A stretch of DNA of 22,248 bases from Candidatus Wolframiiraptor gerlachensis (GCA_021323375.2 JAJPCT020000010.1:1-22248); one strand, 5' to 3'. Numbered from the stretch's first letter, positions 1 through 11,606 are shown. Notes: generated by a model not told the origin, from the sequence alone. Translations and numbers: made by a program.

Positions 1-1
1 C

Positions 2-328
2 TTTGAGAAAATAACGCTTGTTGGAAGGGAGAGACCGCTCATAAACGATGTTACATCTGATGATCTCAAAGAGCTTGGATTTAACAATCTCCCGAATAGC
101 GTAATAAAAAGCATCGGATGTGGGAGAAGAGCCAAATTTCATGTAAAGAGTCCTGAAGTTAATGAATTATTCAACGACCATGATCTAATAATTCTTAAGG
201 GACAAGGCAATTTTGAAATGTTTCAAGACAGATCTAATGTCTTCTTTCTGCTGGTTGTTAAATGCATTGTTGTCGCCGAGGCTTTGAATATCGATCAGGG
301 GTCATCGGTATTAAAGTATTCACCATGA
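2..328 (+). CDS. DUF89/ARMT1-like damage-control phosphatase, C-terminal part (runs off window start)
   Basis: Frame 2 reads ...RERPLINDVT...DLIILKGQGNFE...FFLLVVKCIVVA...; INDxT, KGxGNFE and FLLxxKC are DUF89 motifs; stop TGA 326-328. Confidence 0.85.
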   Translation, partial: FEKITLVGRERPLINDVTSDDLKELGFNNLPNSVIKSIGCGRRAKFHVKSPEVNELFNDHDLIILKGQGNFEMFQDRSNVFFLLVVKCIVVAEALNIDQGSSVLKYSP

Positions 329-370
329 TTATTGTATTTATTTTGAGCAAAGATTTTAGTTAAGCCTCAA

Positions 371-1580
371 GTGATGCAGGAAAGGGAGGTTGAAGAAATG
401 AACATCTCGGGGGGCTTTCCTAGAAAGATAGTATTTGGAAGAGGTTCGATAGAAAGCCTTCCAGAGGTGATTTCCGACTTAGGATTGAGCGGCAGTTGCA
501 TGCTGGTTACTGGTAGGAGTTTTGCGAGAAGTTCTGGCTACTTGGATTGGTTGAGGAATCTCCTCGAGTCGTGCTGGTGTAAAGACAGACCGTGATATTT
601 GACAAGGTTGAGCCGAACCCCTCAGTTAAAATCGTGGACGAGGGTGGAAGAATCGCGCTGGAACAGGATGTGGATTTTGTTGTGGGATTTGGTGGTGGAA
701 GTGCCTTAGACACAGCTAAGGGAATCGCGGTCATAGCGGCGGCTGGGGGAGGTAGTATAAGCAATCTACTTTTATCCTCCTGAAGTTAAACACGCAGTTC
801 ATGCCAATAATTGCTATTCCAACCACATGCGGTACCGGAAGCGAAGTAACGAGGTATGCCATAATTAGTCGATGGCATAAAGAAGAATGCTGTTAGGGTG
901 ATAGCTTAATTGCCATCGCCACGTATACTGGATTCTGAAGTTCTCAAATATCTACCGCAGGATATTCTTGCCCACACCACGTATGGATGCCTTATCGCAC
1001 GCCATAGAATCCTGCTTCCACATCAAATCAAGCATGAAATGACCTTCATGTTCTCAGCTAGAAGCTCTGAGAACTATCTTCGAGAACTTTACGCAAGCCT
1101 ATGATGGTGGATTTATATTGTAGGGAAAAGCTGCTCTACGCAAGCATGACTCGCCGGGTTGTCCATAAACTTTTCAGGAACGGTTGTTGTTCACGCGCTT
1201 GGATACTACTTGACCGAGAAGTATGGTATTCCACATGGGCTTGCTAATGCCCTCTTCCTACCCCGGCTTTATAGAGTACTGTTTGGAGAGAAGGTCCCGA
1301 GAGAATTACTTCACTATGTCTGCAAGAGGCTTGGAATAGCGTCGAGATGATCCGGGCTGCGTGCTCTGCAGATCTTAATAGGGAAGATAAATGAGATAAG
1401 GCATTATGCTATAGATGCCGTTCGAGCCTGCTTAAGAGCTGAAGTTCCTGAATCCGAGTTTGACAATCTAGTTGATGAGGTGCTTGTATTATAGAGAGGA
1501 ATATTGAGGCATTGTATAGTCCCCTGAGCAGGGAGCTGATGTAGAGCGTATGGTTAGAAGTGCTTTCATGGGGCTTGTGA
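371..1580 (+). CDS. Iron-containing alcohol dehydrogenase (multiple frameshifts, probably sequencing errors)
   Basis: Fragments in successive frames: IVFGRGS, VEPNPS, GFGGGSALDTAK, IPTTCGTGSEVT, ALSHAIES-like, HALGYYLT..YGIPHGLANA. End approximate. Confidence 0.85.
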
Positions 1581-1583
1581 GAA

Positions 1584-2413
1584 ATGAGCTACAGGAGTGC
1601 TATGTCTCAGAGAGCATTATCCGGGATGCTCTTAGAGAGGGACATGAGGTCTTGATAAGATGTATATCTGAATGGGTTAACTGGTGTAGAGGGCGAGGAA
1701 GTTTCGGAGACTATTCTCGTCAAGTTTGATTTAATGACGGAGAGGGCCGTTATAGAAGGCCTCAAGAAGGACTATTGAGAAGATTTACATAATTTCCGAG
1801 GAGGTTCGGGAAAATTGAGATGCGATAGCCCGGAGATTTATGCATTGATAGACCCTGTTGACGGCTCCAATAATGTTGCTAATGGTCTTTCATTCTCCGC
1901 ATCCGCGATACCTGCTATGCTAAGGGACCATATTTGTCGGATGCAATCGCTGCTGGAGTAATAGACCATTCATCGGGAAGGATTTACCTGGGAGATAAGA
2001 ACGGTGTTAGCGTGGGTGATGGGCCTCCAGAGCATTAGAGAAAAGCTAGGCTTTCGGATGCGCTAGTTTTCTTAGATCTGGGAAGTTTGACAGAAGAACG
2101 TGGAGGATTCCTACAACCCAACAGAGCTAAGCATACGTCTAATTAGGAGAGGCTAAGCATATAAGGTTCTTCACGGCGGCAAGCTTGGAAATAGCGCATA
2201 TCTTAGAGGGAGGGCTGATGCATATGCCTGCTTCACTAAGGATCTTAAGATCATGGATTTCGCAGCGTCATTATGCTTATTGAAGTGGGCTGGAGGAGCG
2301 TACAAGATCCTCGGAGAGCGAGAATCCATCACTGTTGGATACTAGGAGATATGGTGTAATTGCGGCCTCAGAGTGAGGAGCTGCTTGACGAGATACTGGC
2401 TCTCTGGGATTAA
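1584..2413 (+). CDS. Bifunctional FBPase/inositol monophosphatase family protein (frameshifted)
   Basis: IDPVDGSNNVANG at about 1848-1886 and (I)MDFAAS near 2250 are IMPase-superfamily signatures; no long ORF because of indels. Confidence 0.8.
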
Positions 2414-2447
2414 CGCTTATATTTGCGCATTATTGAAGATGGTCCCA

Positions 2448-3452
2448 ATGAGACCTAAAGTGTACATTACTCGCAGAATTCCGGAGATAGGGCTGAAGAT
2501 ATTAAGGGAATACTGCGAGGTCGTGATATAGGGATGAGCTCCCACCACCAGCTAGAGATGAGCTTCTCAAGGCGGTCGAAGATGTTGATGCCATCTATTG
2601 CACGCTGAACGAGACCATCGATAAGGAAGTGATGGATAGGGCTGGAAAGCTCAAGGTCGTCGGCACGATGAGCGTCGGCGTGGATCATATCGATGTCGAG
2701 TATGCTACGAAGAAGGGATATACATAGTCTATACTCCGGGTCCTGACCGAGACCGTGGCGGATCATACTTGGGCACTTCTGTTAGCAGTTGCTAGAAGAA
2801 TTGTGGAGGCGGATTCTTATGTAAGGAGGGGTGAGTGGAAGATCGCGTGGGCGCCTACAATGATGCTGGGATATGATGTTTATGGTAAGGTTCTCGGGAT
2901 AATAGGTCTTGGTAGGATTGGGCAGGCGGTGGCGAGGAGGGCTAAGGGCTTCAACATGAGGATCCTATATTATGATATCATCCGGAGAGAGGGTCTTGAG
3001 AAGGAGCTTGGCGTGGAGTATGTGCCGCTTGAAAGGCTTCTGATGGAGTCTGACTATGTATCGATTCATGTTCCATTGACTCCGGAGACTAGAGGGCTTA
3101 TTGGCGAGAGGGAGTTAAGGCTCATGAAGAAGACCGCCATCTTGGTTAATACGTCTCGCGGCCCTGTTATTGACCAGAAAGCGCTTTTCAGGGCTTTGAA
3201 GGAGGGTTGGATCGCCGGCGCCGGGCTTGATGTATTTGAGAAAGAGCCGATAGATCCCAATGATCCATTGCTAAAGCTGGAGAATGTCGTCGTAACACCC
3301 CACATTGGAAGTGCCTCGCATGATACTAGGAACAAGATGGCCGAGCTCACCGCTACGGGCATAATCAAGGTCTTGAGGGAGAGGTGCCTGAAAACCTTTT
3401 GAACCCGGAGGTCACCAATATTAAGCCGTTAAACATGGTTAAGATGATCTGA
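2448..3452 (+). CDS. gyaR: Glyoxylate reductase / D-2-hydroxyacid dehydrogenase (frameshifted near both ends)
   Basis: Starts MRPKVYITRRIP; SVGVDHIDV; GIIGLGRIG; LVNTSRGPVID; AGLDVFEKEP; TPHIGSA. Confidence 0.9.
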
Positions 3453-3453
3453 G

Positions 3454-4520
<1,067 letters not shown>

Positions 4521-5341
4521 CATCGTAAGCGCGTTTATGAATCCCTCCTCATTATTCCTAGATCCGACATCAGCGCGACGAACTTGAAGCCCTGAGAAAT
4601 TAGTTCCTGAGCCTGCTCTGGGCTGAATGCATGTATCCCAGGCGTGACGTCGTATTTCTCGCAAACGTTCCTAACCTTCTTTAGGGCTTCTTGGAATCTT
4701 GAGTCTCCGAATTTTAGGGGATTCCTAGGCTGACTGATAGGTCCATGGGCCCGATATATGCGACATCTATTCCGGGTGTCGAAAGTATTCCCTCGAGGTT
4801 TTCTAGGGCCTTACCCGTCTCTATCTGGACCAAGAGTATCCGCTCATTCTTCTCAAAGTTCTCGTAATAGTCTAGGAAGCTTCTCTGGCCATATCTAACC
4901 GCCCTTCTCGGCCCGACGCCTCTCAGCCCTCTCGGCGGATATGATGCATAGCTGACAGCTCTTTCAGCCTCTTCCCGGCTATTAACCCATGGGACTAGTA
5001 TCCCTCAGCCCCTATGTCAAGCGCCCTCTTTATGATCACCAGATCATTCCATGGGACCCTGATTATTGGCGAGATATCCACGCCCCTTAGGGGCATGAGT
5101 AGGACCTCGATGTCTGATATCTCGAGCGGCGCATGCTCCATGTCGAAGACGAGCCAGTCGAGCGGGAGCTCTGACAGGGCGTCAACAACATCTGGATGGT
5201 TTATTGTTACCCATGTTCCAAGAACCACTTCCCCATTCTTGAGCTTCCTCTTCAAGGTAGACATGGCTTCCATGACACCCTTACAACTCATATACTTTTT
5301 GGCCCCGCTCCTCAGCGCATCGGTTCCCCGGGATTACGTTT

Positions 5342-6391
5342 ATGAGATGCGGGCTTTATTCTGATGATTTGGTGGCAGGGTTCCTGGGATCCGCGCCGGC
5401 GGGGTCTGTGGAGGTCGCGAAGGCCGAGCTCGCGAGGCTTAGGAGGGTGGGTTATAGAGTTGTGGGGAGGCACTCGGCTGTCAAGATATGCCACTGGACT
5501 AGGAGCGTTCTCAGGGGTGGCAAGAACTGTTACAAGGGATGGTATGGTATTAGGAGTCATAGGTGTCTGCAGATGACCCCGTCGCTTCAATATTGCAATA
5601 TGATGTGCATCTTCTGCTGGAGGCATCATACTATAAACCGCGTGACAGGTGTTGGGGGCGAGTGGGATAGGCCGGAGGACATACTTGACGGCCTGATCCG
5701 GGAGCAGAGGCAGCTTTTATCAGGATTCAAGGGTAATCCAATTGTTGATAGGAAGCTTTTCGATGAGGCGATGGAGCCGAGACATGTCGCGATCTCGCTC
5801 GATGGTGAGCCGACGATATACCCGTATCTCGCGGATATGGTGAAGCTAGTCAAGAGCAGGGGTATGACGGCCTTTCTGGTTACAAATGGCACTAATCCGG
5901 ATAGGCTCATGGAGCTCGTGGAGGAGAATGCTGAGCCGACAAACCTCTACATTAGCCTTTATGGCCCTGATCCTGAGACTCATAGGATGCTCTGCAGGCC
6001 ATTAATCCCTGATAGCTGGGAGAGGCTTATGAGGAGTCTGAGGGTTATGAGGGAGTTTCAGAAATCCGTGAAGGTTGTTAGGCTGATCATGATTAATGAT
6101 TATACGATCCAGGATCCCGAGAAGTATGCGGAGCTCATTAGGATCGGTGAGCCAGACTTCATCGAGTGTAAGGGCTACATGCATGTGGGTGAGTCCCAGA
6201 AGAGGGATGAGGAGGGAGGCGATGCCTCTCTCCATGAGATTAGGCCATTCGCGATGAAGCTTGCAGACGCTCTAGGATATGAGTATCTAGCCGAGGATAG
6301 GCCGAGCAGGGTTTCGTTGATCGCCAACCCCTCCTCGCCACATTATGACGTGGTTAGGATGAGGGTTTCAGGGCCTGGAACCGGTTTCTAA
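5342..6391 (+). CDS. taw1: 4-demethylwyosine synthase Taw1/TYW1 (radical SAM)
   Basis: HSAVKICHW, CYK..YGIRSHRCLQMTP, CNMMCIFCWR (CxxxCxxC), HVAISLDGEPT, FLVTNGT, FIECKGYMHVG; exact start uncertain. Confidence 0.93.
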   Translation: MRCGLYSDDLVAGFLGSAPAGSVEVAKAELARLRRVGYRVVGRHSAVKICHWTRSVLRGGKNCYKGWYGIRSHRCLQMTPSLQYCNMMCIFCWRHHTINRVTGVGGEWDRPEDILDGLIREQRQLLSGFKGNPIVDRKLFDEAMEPRHVAISLDGEPTIYPYLADMVKLVKSRGMTAFLVTNGTNPDRLMELVEENAEPTNLYISLYGPDPETHRMLCRPLIPDSWERLMRSLRVMREFQKSVKVVRLIMINDYTIQDPEKYAELIRIGEPDFIECKGYMHVGESQKRDEEGGDASLHEIRPFAMKLADALGYEYLAEDRPSRVSLIANPSSPHYDVVRMRVSGPGTGF

Positions 6392-6857
6392 GCCTTCTCC
6401 AGCTCTCTTCGAGAGACTCTGGGATCACCTTCGTATCCGCTAGGACTGGCATGAAGTTTGTGTCTCCAATCCATCGTGGAACGATGTGGGAGGTGGATGT
6501 GCTCTTCGAGGCCTGCTCCAGCGGCCCTCCCAAGATTCAGCCCCACATTGAATCCATCGGGCTTATATTCGGATTCCAGCGCCACGATCGAGAGTTTTAG
6601 GAGCTTGATCATCTCAAAGGAGCTCGTCGTCACCTAAATCGGTTATTCTTCCAACATGCCTGTATGACGCTATCATGAGGTGGCCCATTATTGTAGGGAT
6701 ACCTGTTTAGGATCACAAAGCATGATTGGCCCCTATGTACCACGAGGTTCCTTGCATCATCCTCATCCCTTGAAGCCTCGCAGAGAAAGCACCCCCTATC
6801 CTTCTTTGAGAACCATTTTATGTAGGCGATCCTCCATGGCGCGTAGAGTATCCTCAT
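6354..6857 (-). CDS. HIT-family hydrolase (Ap4A phosphorylase-like; frameshifted)
   Basis: ILYAPWR, CFLC, ILNRYPYNNG, GFNVGLNLGRAAGAGLEEHIHL(H)IVPRW. Confidence 0.9.
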
Positions 6858-6953
6858 CGAGTGATCATCTCCCGGATTCTTTAAGAGTATTTCCATGACG
6901 CCTTATCGCGGGAAGGGTAATTAACCCGGGTTGTCATGTCATTGGGGCTGGAT

Positions 6954-7397
6954 ATGGCAGAGATAAGGCAGGTTGATGTCTCGGGTAAGGAGGTTATTAG
7001 GAGGGAGGCGGTTGCGAGGGGTTCATCAAGCTAAGACCTGAGACTATTCAGAGGATAAAGTCTGGCGCCTTGGGAGAAGGGCGACCCGCTTCAAGTCGCG
7101 AGGCTCGCGGGGATAAATGCCGCAAAGCTGACGCCATTCTTGCTCCCCTCTGCCACCCGCTCAAGCTTGAGCATGTTGAAGTAAACCTCAGCGTTGTGGA
7201 TGATGGTGTCGAGGTTGTGGTCAGGGTTGTCGCACATGAGAAGACTGGGGTCGAGATGGAGGCTTTAACAGCCGCCGCGATAGCCCTCCCTCAATATATG
7301 GGATGTCGTCAAGCAATATGAGAAGGATGAGTCCGGCCAATATCCATTAACGGAGATCACCTCGATAAGGGTCTTGAGGAAGATTAAGGAGGGGTGA
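6954..7397 (+). CDS. moaC: Cyclic pyranopterin monophosphate synthase (frameshifted)
   Basis: [34 protein letters not shown], (WD)VVKQYEKD. Confidence 0.92.
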
Positions 7398-7938
7398 GGA
7401 GGCTGTCCTCGCAAAGCATGAGCATGAGAAGCATGCGCCCAAGACTCTTAGATTCGCCCTCATAACTGTGAGCAGCTCTAGGTATGCGGCGAGGCGTGAG
7501 GGCAGACTCCTACACGGATGAGTCCCAGGATCTCGCGGCTGCGATGATAAACGAGCGAGCCACGTGGTCGAGGTCAGGGAGCTTGTGGATGATGACATAG
7601 GAGCAATAAGAGCTCTCCTAGAAAAGCTCCTAGAGAGGGAGGATCTGGACGCGGTGATCTTCATCGGCGGGACGGGCTCTCGAGGAGGGATGTGACGATA
7701 GAGGCTGTTAAGCCGTTTTTGAGAAGGAGGTTGATGGGTTTGGGGAGCTATTCCGATGGCTCAGCTTCAGGGAGATTGGGGCGGCTGCGATCCTGAGCAG
7801 GGCCACGATGGGGATTGCCCGCAGGAAGGCTGTTATCTGCCTACCCGGATCACCAAATGCTGTAAAGCTCGCTCTGGAGAACTTTCTCCAAGCCCTACCA
7901 CACTTGATCTATATTGCGAGATCCTAAATCTTGGTCTA
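7394..7938 (+). CDS. moaB: Molybdopterin adenylyltransferase MoaB/MogA (frameshifted)
   Basis: [56 protein letters not shown] across frames; ends approximate. Confidence 0.85.
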
Positions 7939-8453
7939 ACTCTTCTCGCTGGATTCTCCTTGGCCGGCTTGGGCGGCTATTGGCAGCGCGACCCTGATAA
8001 GCCTCTCCTCACCCCTCATCACGAGATAGCTCGGCGACCTGACCTTCCTGTCACCGACATAGACATGGCCATGAACTATGAGCTGCCTCGCCTGGTATAT
8101 GGTCCTCGCGAGCCCGAGCTTATAGACCATTGTCTGAAGCCTCTCTCGAGGATATCCCCTGACTGTTAGCCTGAGGACATCATCAGCCGTCGCGTTCTCG
8201 TCAACAAGCCCCATCCTATAGAGTCGCCCCATGAGAATGCGCTCCTCCCTAGCCCGCACCTCGCCAGTAAGACCGAAGAGTTTCCTCCGCATGAGCCCTA
8301 ATCTTCCTCAGGATCGTCTGCGCCCTCCACAACTCCCTCTTATTCCTCAGACCATATTCTCCGACAAGCTGAAGCTCAGCGGCTAGCCTATCAGCCTTCC
8401 AAGGATGACTCCGGAGTCTCATACTGCTTCCTAGGTCTCTTCGGATCTCCCAT
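7936..8453 (-). CDS. rps4: 30S ribosomal protein uS4 (frameshifted, almost certainly by sequencing error)
   Basis: MGDPK..., [50 protein letters not shown]...PSYLV. Confidence 0.95.
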
Positions 8454-8640
8454 TCCGCCTGAGACCCCTCAAGGCCTCCCTTATTAACATAACCCATCGC
8501 CGGGCTAGACTTAACCTGACCACTCAAGCCCACACCACCCCTCGATAAGAGCCTTTATCAAATTTCTTTCCCTCATCTTTGTCATCTATATAATGGGTTT
8601 TTCAGCCATTTTCGGGATAGTCTTTAACAAAGGAGGGCCC

Positions 8641-8836
8641 ATGTTAGGGATTGTTATGGATGATCTGATCGTGGGGAGGTCTTTGGTTGAGTGTCTGGGA
8701 TCCGGAGACCATATGAAAAGTTTGGAGATGCCTCCGAGGAGGCAGGATGCGTTGGTAAGGTAGTGGATTATGTGTATGAGGAGATTCATGGTAAGCTGAT
8801 GGAGATACTGAAAAGGCCGACCCCTTGGGGGTGAGT
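8641..8836 (+). pseudogene. Remnant of unknown geneX (shared with the hflX and rpl11 insertions)
   Basis: GGGGAGGTCTTTGGTT (8673-8688) is 15/16 identical to 12003-12018 (GRSLV); ILKRPT at about 8805-8822 resembles LLKRPS at 12195-12212. Confidence 0.45.
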
Positions 8837-8840
8837 AAGG

Positions 8841-10014
8841 ATGCCTGTGGAGGAGGTAACGCTTACGACGAGGTTTAAGGTGGATCTCACGGATGTTGAT
8901 GAGGCTGTGATCTCGGAGATACAGCGCCTCTTCGCGGAGTATCAGGAGATCGTGAATGAGCTCATTAAGTTCGCTACAAGTAAGCATATTACGAGTTTCG
9001 TGGAATTGCATCATGCAAAGTATCTGGAACTGAGGCAAAGATATCCGATATTGCCATGGCGTTATATTATTACCGCCCGCCGGCATGCTACCAGAATCTA
9101 CAAGTCATTCTCATGAAGCCGAAGGAGCTGGAAATGTGTGAAAAGGATAGGCCGGTGTTTAAAAGATGGGCTGTATGGTTGATCATCGTTTATTTAAGCT
9201 TGATGTCGAGAGCTGAGGGCTTCAATAATGCTTCATGGCAGGAGATGGGTTATGTTGAGGTTATTTCACGGAAAATACCATGATAAATTCAGGTGGATAA
9301 AGCTTGATGAGGCGCAACTGGTGTTGAAGAGGGATAGCAACCTCTACATGAATGTTAGCTCTCTCAGATGGTTACGCTACTGGAGATAAACGCGAATGTT
9401 AAAATTATTGCGGTTGATGTTAATGAGAATGTTATCATATATGGTAACGAGGATTTCATTGAGAGGTTTGAGACGAATGAGGGATTATTAGGACACGATA
9501 CTCCTTAAGCGTAGGAGGCTACAGACGAAGATTCGTGGTAAAGAGTTACGAAAGAAGTTGCTGGAGAAGTATAAGGGACGGGAATGGCGAAGGATCAGGA
9601 GATATATCATAAAGCGGCTAAGAAGATAATCAGCAGAGCGCTGGAGATCGGGGCTACAGCGATCGTGATGGAGGATCTTATGATCCATAAGAAGGATCCA
9701 TGCTCTGAGGAGCTTAATGGGTGGATACATCGCTGGTCATATAGGAGATTCTAAGATATATTGGAGTATCAGGCAAAGCTTCACGGACTTAACGTGAAGT
9801 ATGTTGATTCAGCATATACTTCGAAAACTGTCCGGTGTGTGAAGGTGGGCTGGATCCAAGCACGAATGGGCGTAAACTTAGAAGATGTCTAAAATGTGAC
9901 TTGGAGGAGGATAGGGATGTAGTAGCAGTAAGAAACTTGACACGCCGATACTACGAGGGGGTGCGCGAACGCGAAAACATCCAAAACCTCTCTTTAACAT
10001 CCAGCGCCAGATAG
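8841..10014 (+). pseudogene. tnpB: IS200/IS605-family TnpB (RNA-guided endonuclease), disrupted
   Basis: RuvC-I IIAVDVNEN, RuvC-II IVMEDL, HRWSYRRF*..LEYQAKLHG, AYTSKTCPVC, RC.KC...DRDVVAVRNL; frameshifts plus an in-frame TAA at about 9752. Confidence 0.92.
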
Positions 10015-10070
10015 ATGTGGGGAGCCTGCGTTCCCCCGAAAGCACTCCAGTGAGGCAAAGAGGGAAGGTT
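10014..10070 (+). ncRNA. Putative TnpB omegaRNA / element right-end structure
   Basis: GATGTGGGGAG-CCTGCG-TTCCCCCGAAAGC hairpin followed by GAGGGAA directly after tnpB, resembling the 3' ends of archaeal IS605-type elements; boundaries approximate. Confidence 0.6.
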
Positions 10071-10211
10071 GGAAAGCCCAGAACGCAGACTTATTAGCGG
10101 ACATCCCTCTCCACCTCATTTTTCTTGTATTAAAGTCGTATTCCATGGCTCTAATACTCAAGAGAATTTATCCTTCAGAAAGGTCTTTCTATAAGTTCTA
10201 GACTTGATGAC

Positions 10212-10574
10212 TTGATGGCTATGATGAAGAGGGCCAAGAAGCCTGCTGGATCATTGCCAGGCGAGGATCTCGAGCTTGTTGAGAATTATGGTGAGCTTGT
10301 TAGAGAGGCTAGGATCAGGATGGGATTGACGCAGGAGGAGCTGGCCAGCCAAGTGGGCGAGAAGGCCACGGTGATAAAGAAGATCGAGCATGGCGAGCTT
10401 AGGCCATCGATAGAGCTCGCGAGGAAGCTTGAGAAGATCCTGAAGATAAGGCTTCTCGTACCGGCTGAGGAGGAGCCATCCTCGGAGATAAGAAGGTATC
10501 TTGTGAAGCCCGGAGCATCTGGTGGAGTGAGGTTGGGGGATCTTCTCAAGAAGATGCAGAAGGAGGAGCTTTAG
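10212..10574 (+). CDS. mbf1: Archaeal multiprotein bridging factor aMBF1 (HTH; no N-terminal Zn ribbon)
   Basis: ELVENYGELVREARIRMGLTQEELA..VGEK..VIKKIE.G.LRP...LARKLEK.L.I.L and C-terminal LGD; neighbours hflX/PUA/nac as is typical. Confidence 0.9.
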   Translation: MMAMMKRAKKPAGSLPGEDLELVENYGELVREARIRMGLTQEELASQVGEKATVIKKIEHGELRPSIELARKLEKILKIRLLVPAEEEPSSEIRRYLVKPGASGGVRLGDLLKKMQKEEL

Positions 10575-10609
10575 GCGGATCAAGGTTTAAGGGATGGCTG
10601 GCGGGACTA

Positions 10610-10638
10610 ATGCTTGAAAGCGGAGCTTTGAAAGTAGC
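10610..10638 (+). pseudogene. Orphaned original 5' end of hflX (MLESGALKVA)
   Basis: ATG CTT GAA AGC GGA GCT TTG AAA GTA GC joins in frame to ...GTA GCC ATA GTT CAT at 12213 via the shared GTAGC; lies 35 bp after the mbf1 stop. Confidence 0.8.
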
Positions 10639-10649
10639 AAAGAACATAG

Positions 10650-10943
10650 AGTATGCTGCTTCGTAACAATCCCATCATCAGCCCCAGGTCTACCAACCCT
10701 CGCCCAGCCCCTCCTCGTCGGCCTGACCTCCTCTCCCCATCCTGCGAAGGCGTTCAAAACAGTCTGCCCCCCAACCCATACAATCACCTCACTTGGAAGC
10801 CGATACAATCCCTCCCTTATTCGCTGAGGGTACTCCGGAAATAGAATAAAAAGAATGGGGGTTATTCTGGGGGTCTCATTCAATATAGCTTCTCGCTTCT
10901 CATATGCCCATTTCCAGAATCTCCCCTTATACGCCTCAGATAC
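10650..10943 (-). pseudogene. Inverted C-terminal remnant of unknown geneX
   Basis: Minus strand reads VSEAYKGRFWKWAYEK...; AGATTCTGGAAATGGGCATATGAG resembles AGGTTTTGGAATGGGCTTGATGAG in the minus strand of insertion 2 (about 17305-17328). Confidence 0.5.
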
Positions 10944-10952
10944 ACCACCAAA

Positions 10953-11606
10953 TTGAAGAAGCTAAGGGTAGAGAACAACATGAGGAAGAGCGATGAGAAT
11001 GATGCGGTGCTACTTGCGCGGATTTCGAGTGAGGTATTCAGACCTCTAACGACCGAGGAGCTTGAGATTAAGGCGCGGATGAGGCTGCTGATAAATAAAT
11101 ATGAGCGGATTGTGCGGTGGAAAAAGACGCTGAAGAAGCTGGTAAAAGATGGTTTCGACTACAACTTCAGGGAATCAATAAGGCTTATGGAGGCGGATGG
11201 GAAGATGTTATCTGAAGAAATTGTTAGGCAGGTGACCAGCTTCCCCATTTATGGGGAGGTTTATAGGAGAACCTGCGAGATCCTCAGAGTTAGGAGGAGC
11301 GTTGATTTAGCAATCCTAACGCTGGAGCTTCCACTTTATTGGCCCCTTCAGGGGCTTAAAGGATTGTTAGGGTTGAAACCAAATAAGACTGAGGGACTAT
11401 ATTCCCGCAGACTAAGACGCCATATCATAGCTTTTGCAGTAAATCTCTACATGAATGTTAAGAAAGGTATGGATGCTTCGGATGAGGTTATCAAAATCGT
11501 TAATAGCTTACCAAGGAAAAAAGCAACATTTAGATTGGAATTGATGACTTTAAAGACTTTGCGGATAGCGTATCTTATGGCCGTGAAACCGCTGGCCGGC
11601 GGGTAG
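10953..11606 (+). CDS. IS110-related / TasR-like RNA-guided protein, 5'-truncated (end of DEDD RuvC-like domain, coiled coil, Tnp20/Nop-like domain)
   Basis: RKSDENDAVLLAR matches the IS110 K(T/S)DxxDAxxLA motif; LLGLKP...YSRRLRRHI..FA resembles GLxP...GNxxLRxAL; no SG motif; upstream D and E residues missing. Confidence 0.75.
   Translation: MKKLRVENNMRKSDENDAVLLARISSEVFRPLTTEELEIKARMRLLINKYERIVRWKKTLKKLVKDGFDYNFRESIRLMEADGKMLSEEIVRQVTSFPIYGEVYRRTCEILRVRRSVDLAILTLELPLYWPLQGLKGLLGLKPNKTEGLYSRRLRRHIIAFAVNLYMNVKKGMDASDEVIKIVNSLPRKKATFRLELMTLKTLRIAYLMAVKPLAGG

Larger units (their letters stand above)
8505..10205. mobile_element. Probable composite insertion between rps4 and mbf1, flanked by 8-bp direct repeat CTAGACTT
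   Basis: CTAGACTT at 8505-8512 and 10198-10205; contains a geneX-like remnant and TnpB; removing it leaves a short divergent rps4/mbf1 intergenic region with TTATTAAC (8481-8488). Confidence 0.45.

Noticed and set aside
10591-10605. GGGATGGCTGGCGGG as a terminal inverted repeat pairing with 11717-11731 (12/15, rest G-T)
   Set aside because: It lies outside the insertion, upstream of the stranded hflX start, and has no counterpart at insertion 2; probably GC-rich coincidence.
10633-10637. IS621-style shared CT core read by both guides
   Set aside because: Fits copy 1 (guides overlap on AG/CT) but not copy 2, whose right guide continues TC rather than AG; left unresolved.
10650-10943. Second TnpB remnant on the minus strand (RFWKWAY, GEEVRP)
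   Set aside because: No RuvC or Zn-finger motifs; better explained by similarity to geneX in insertion 2.
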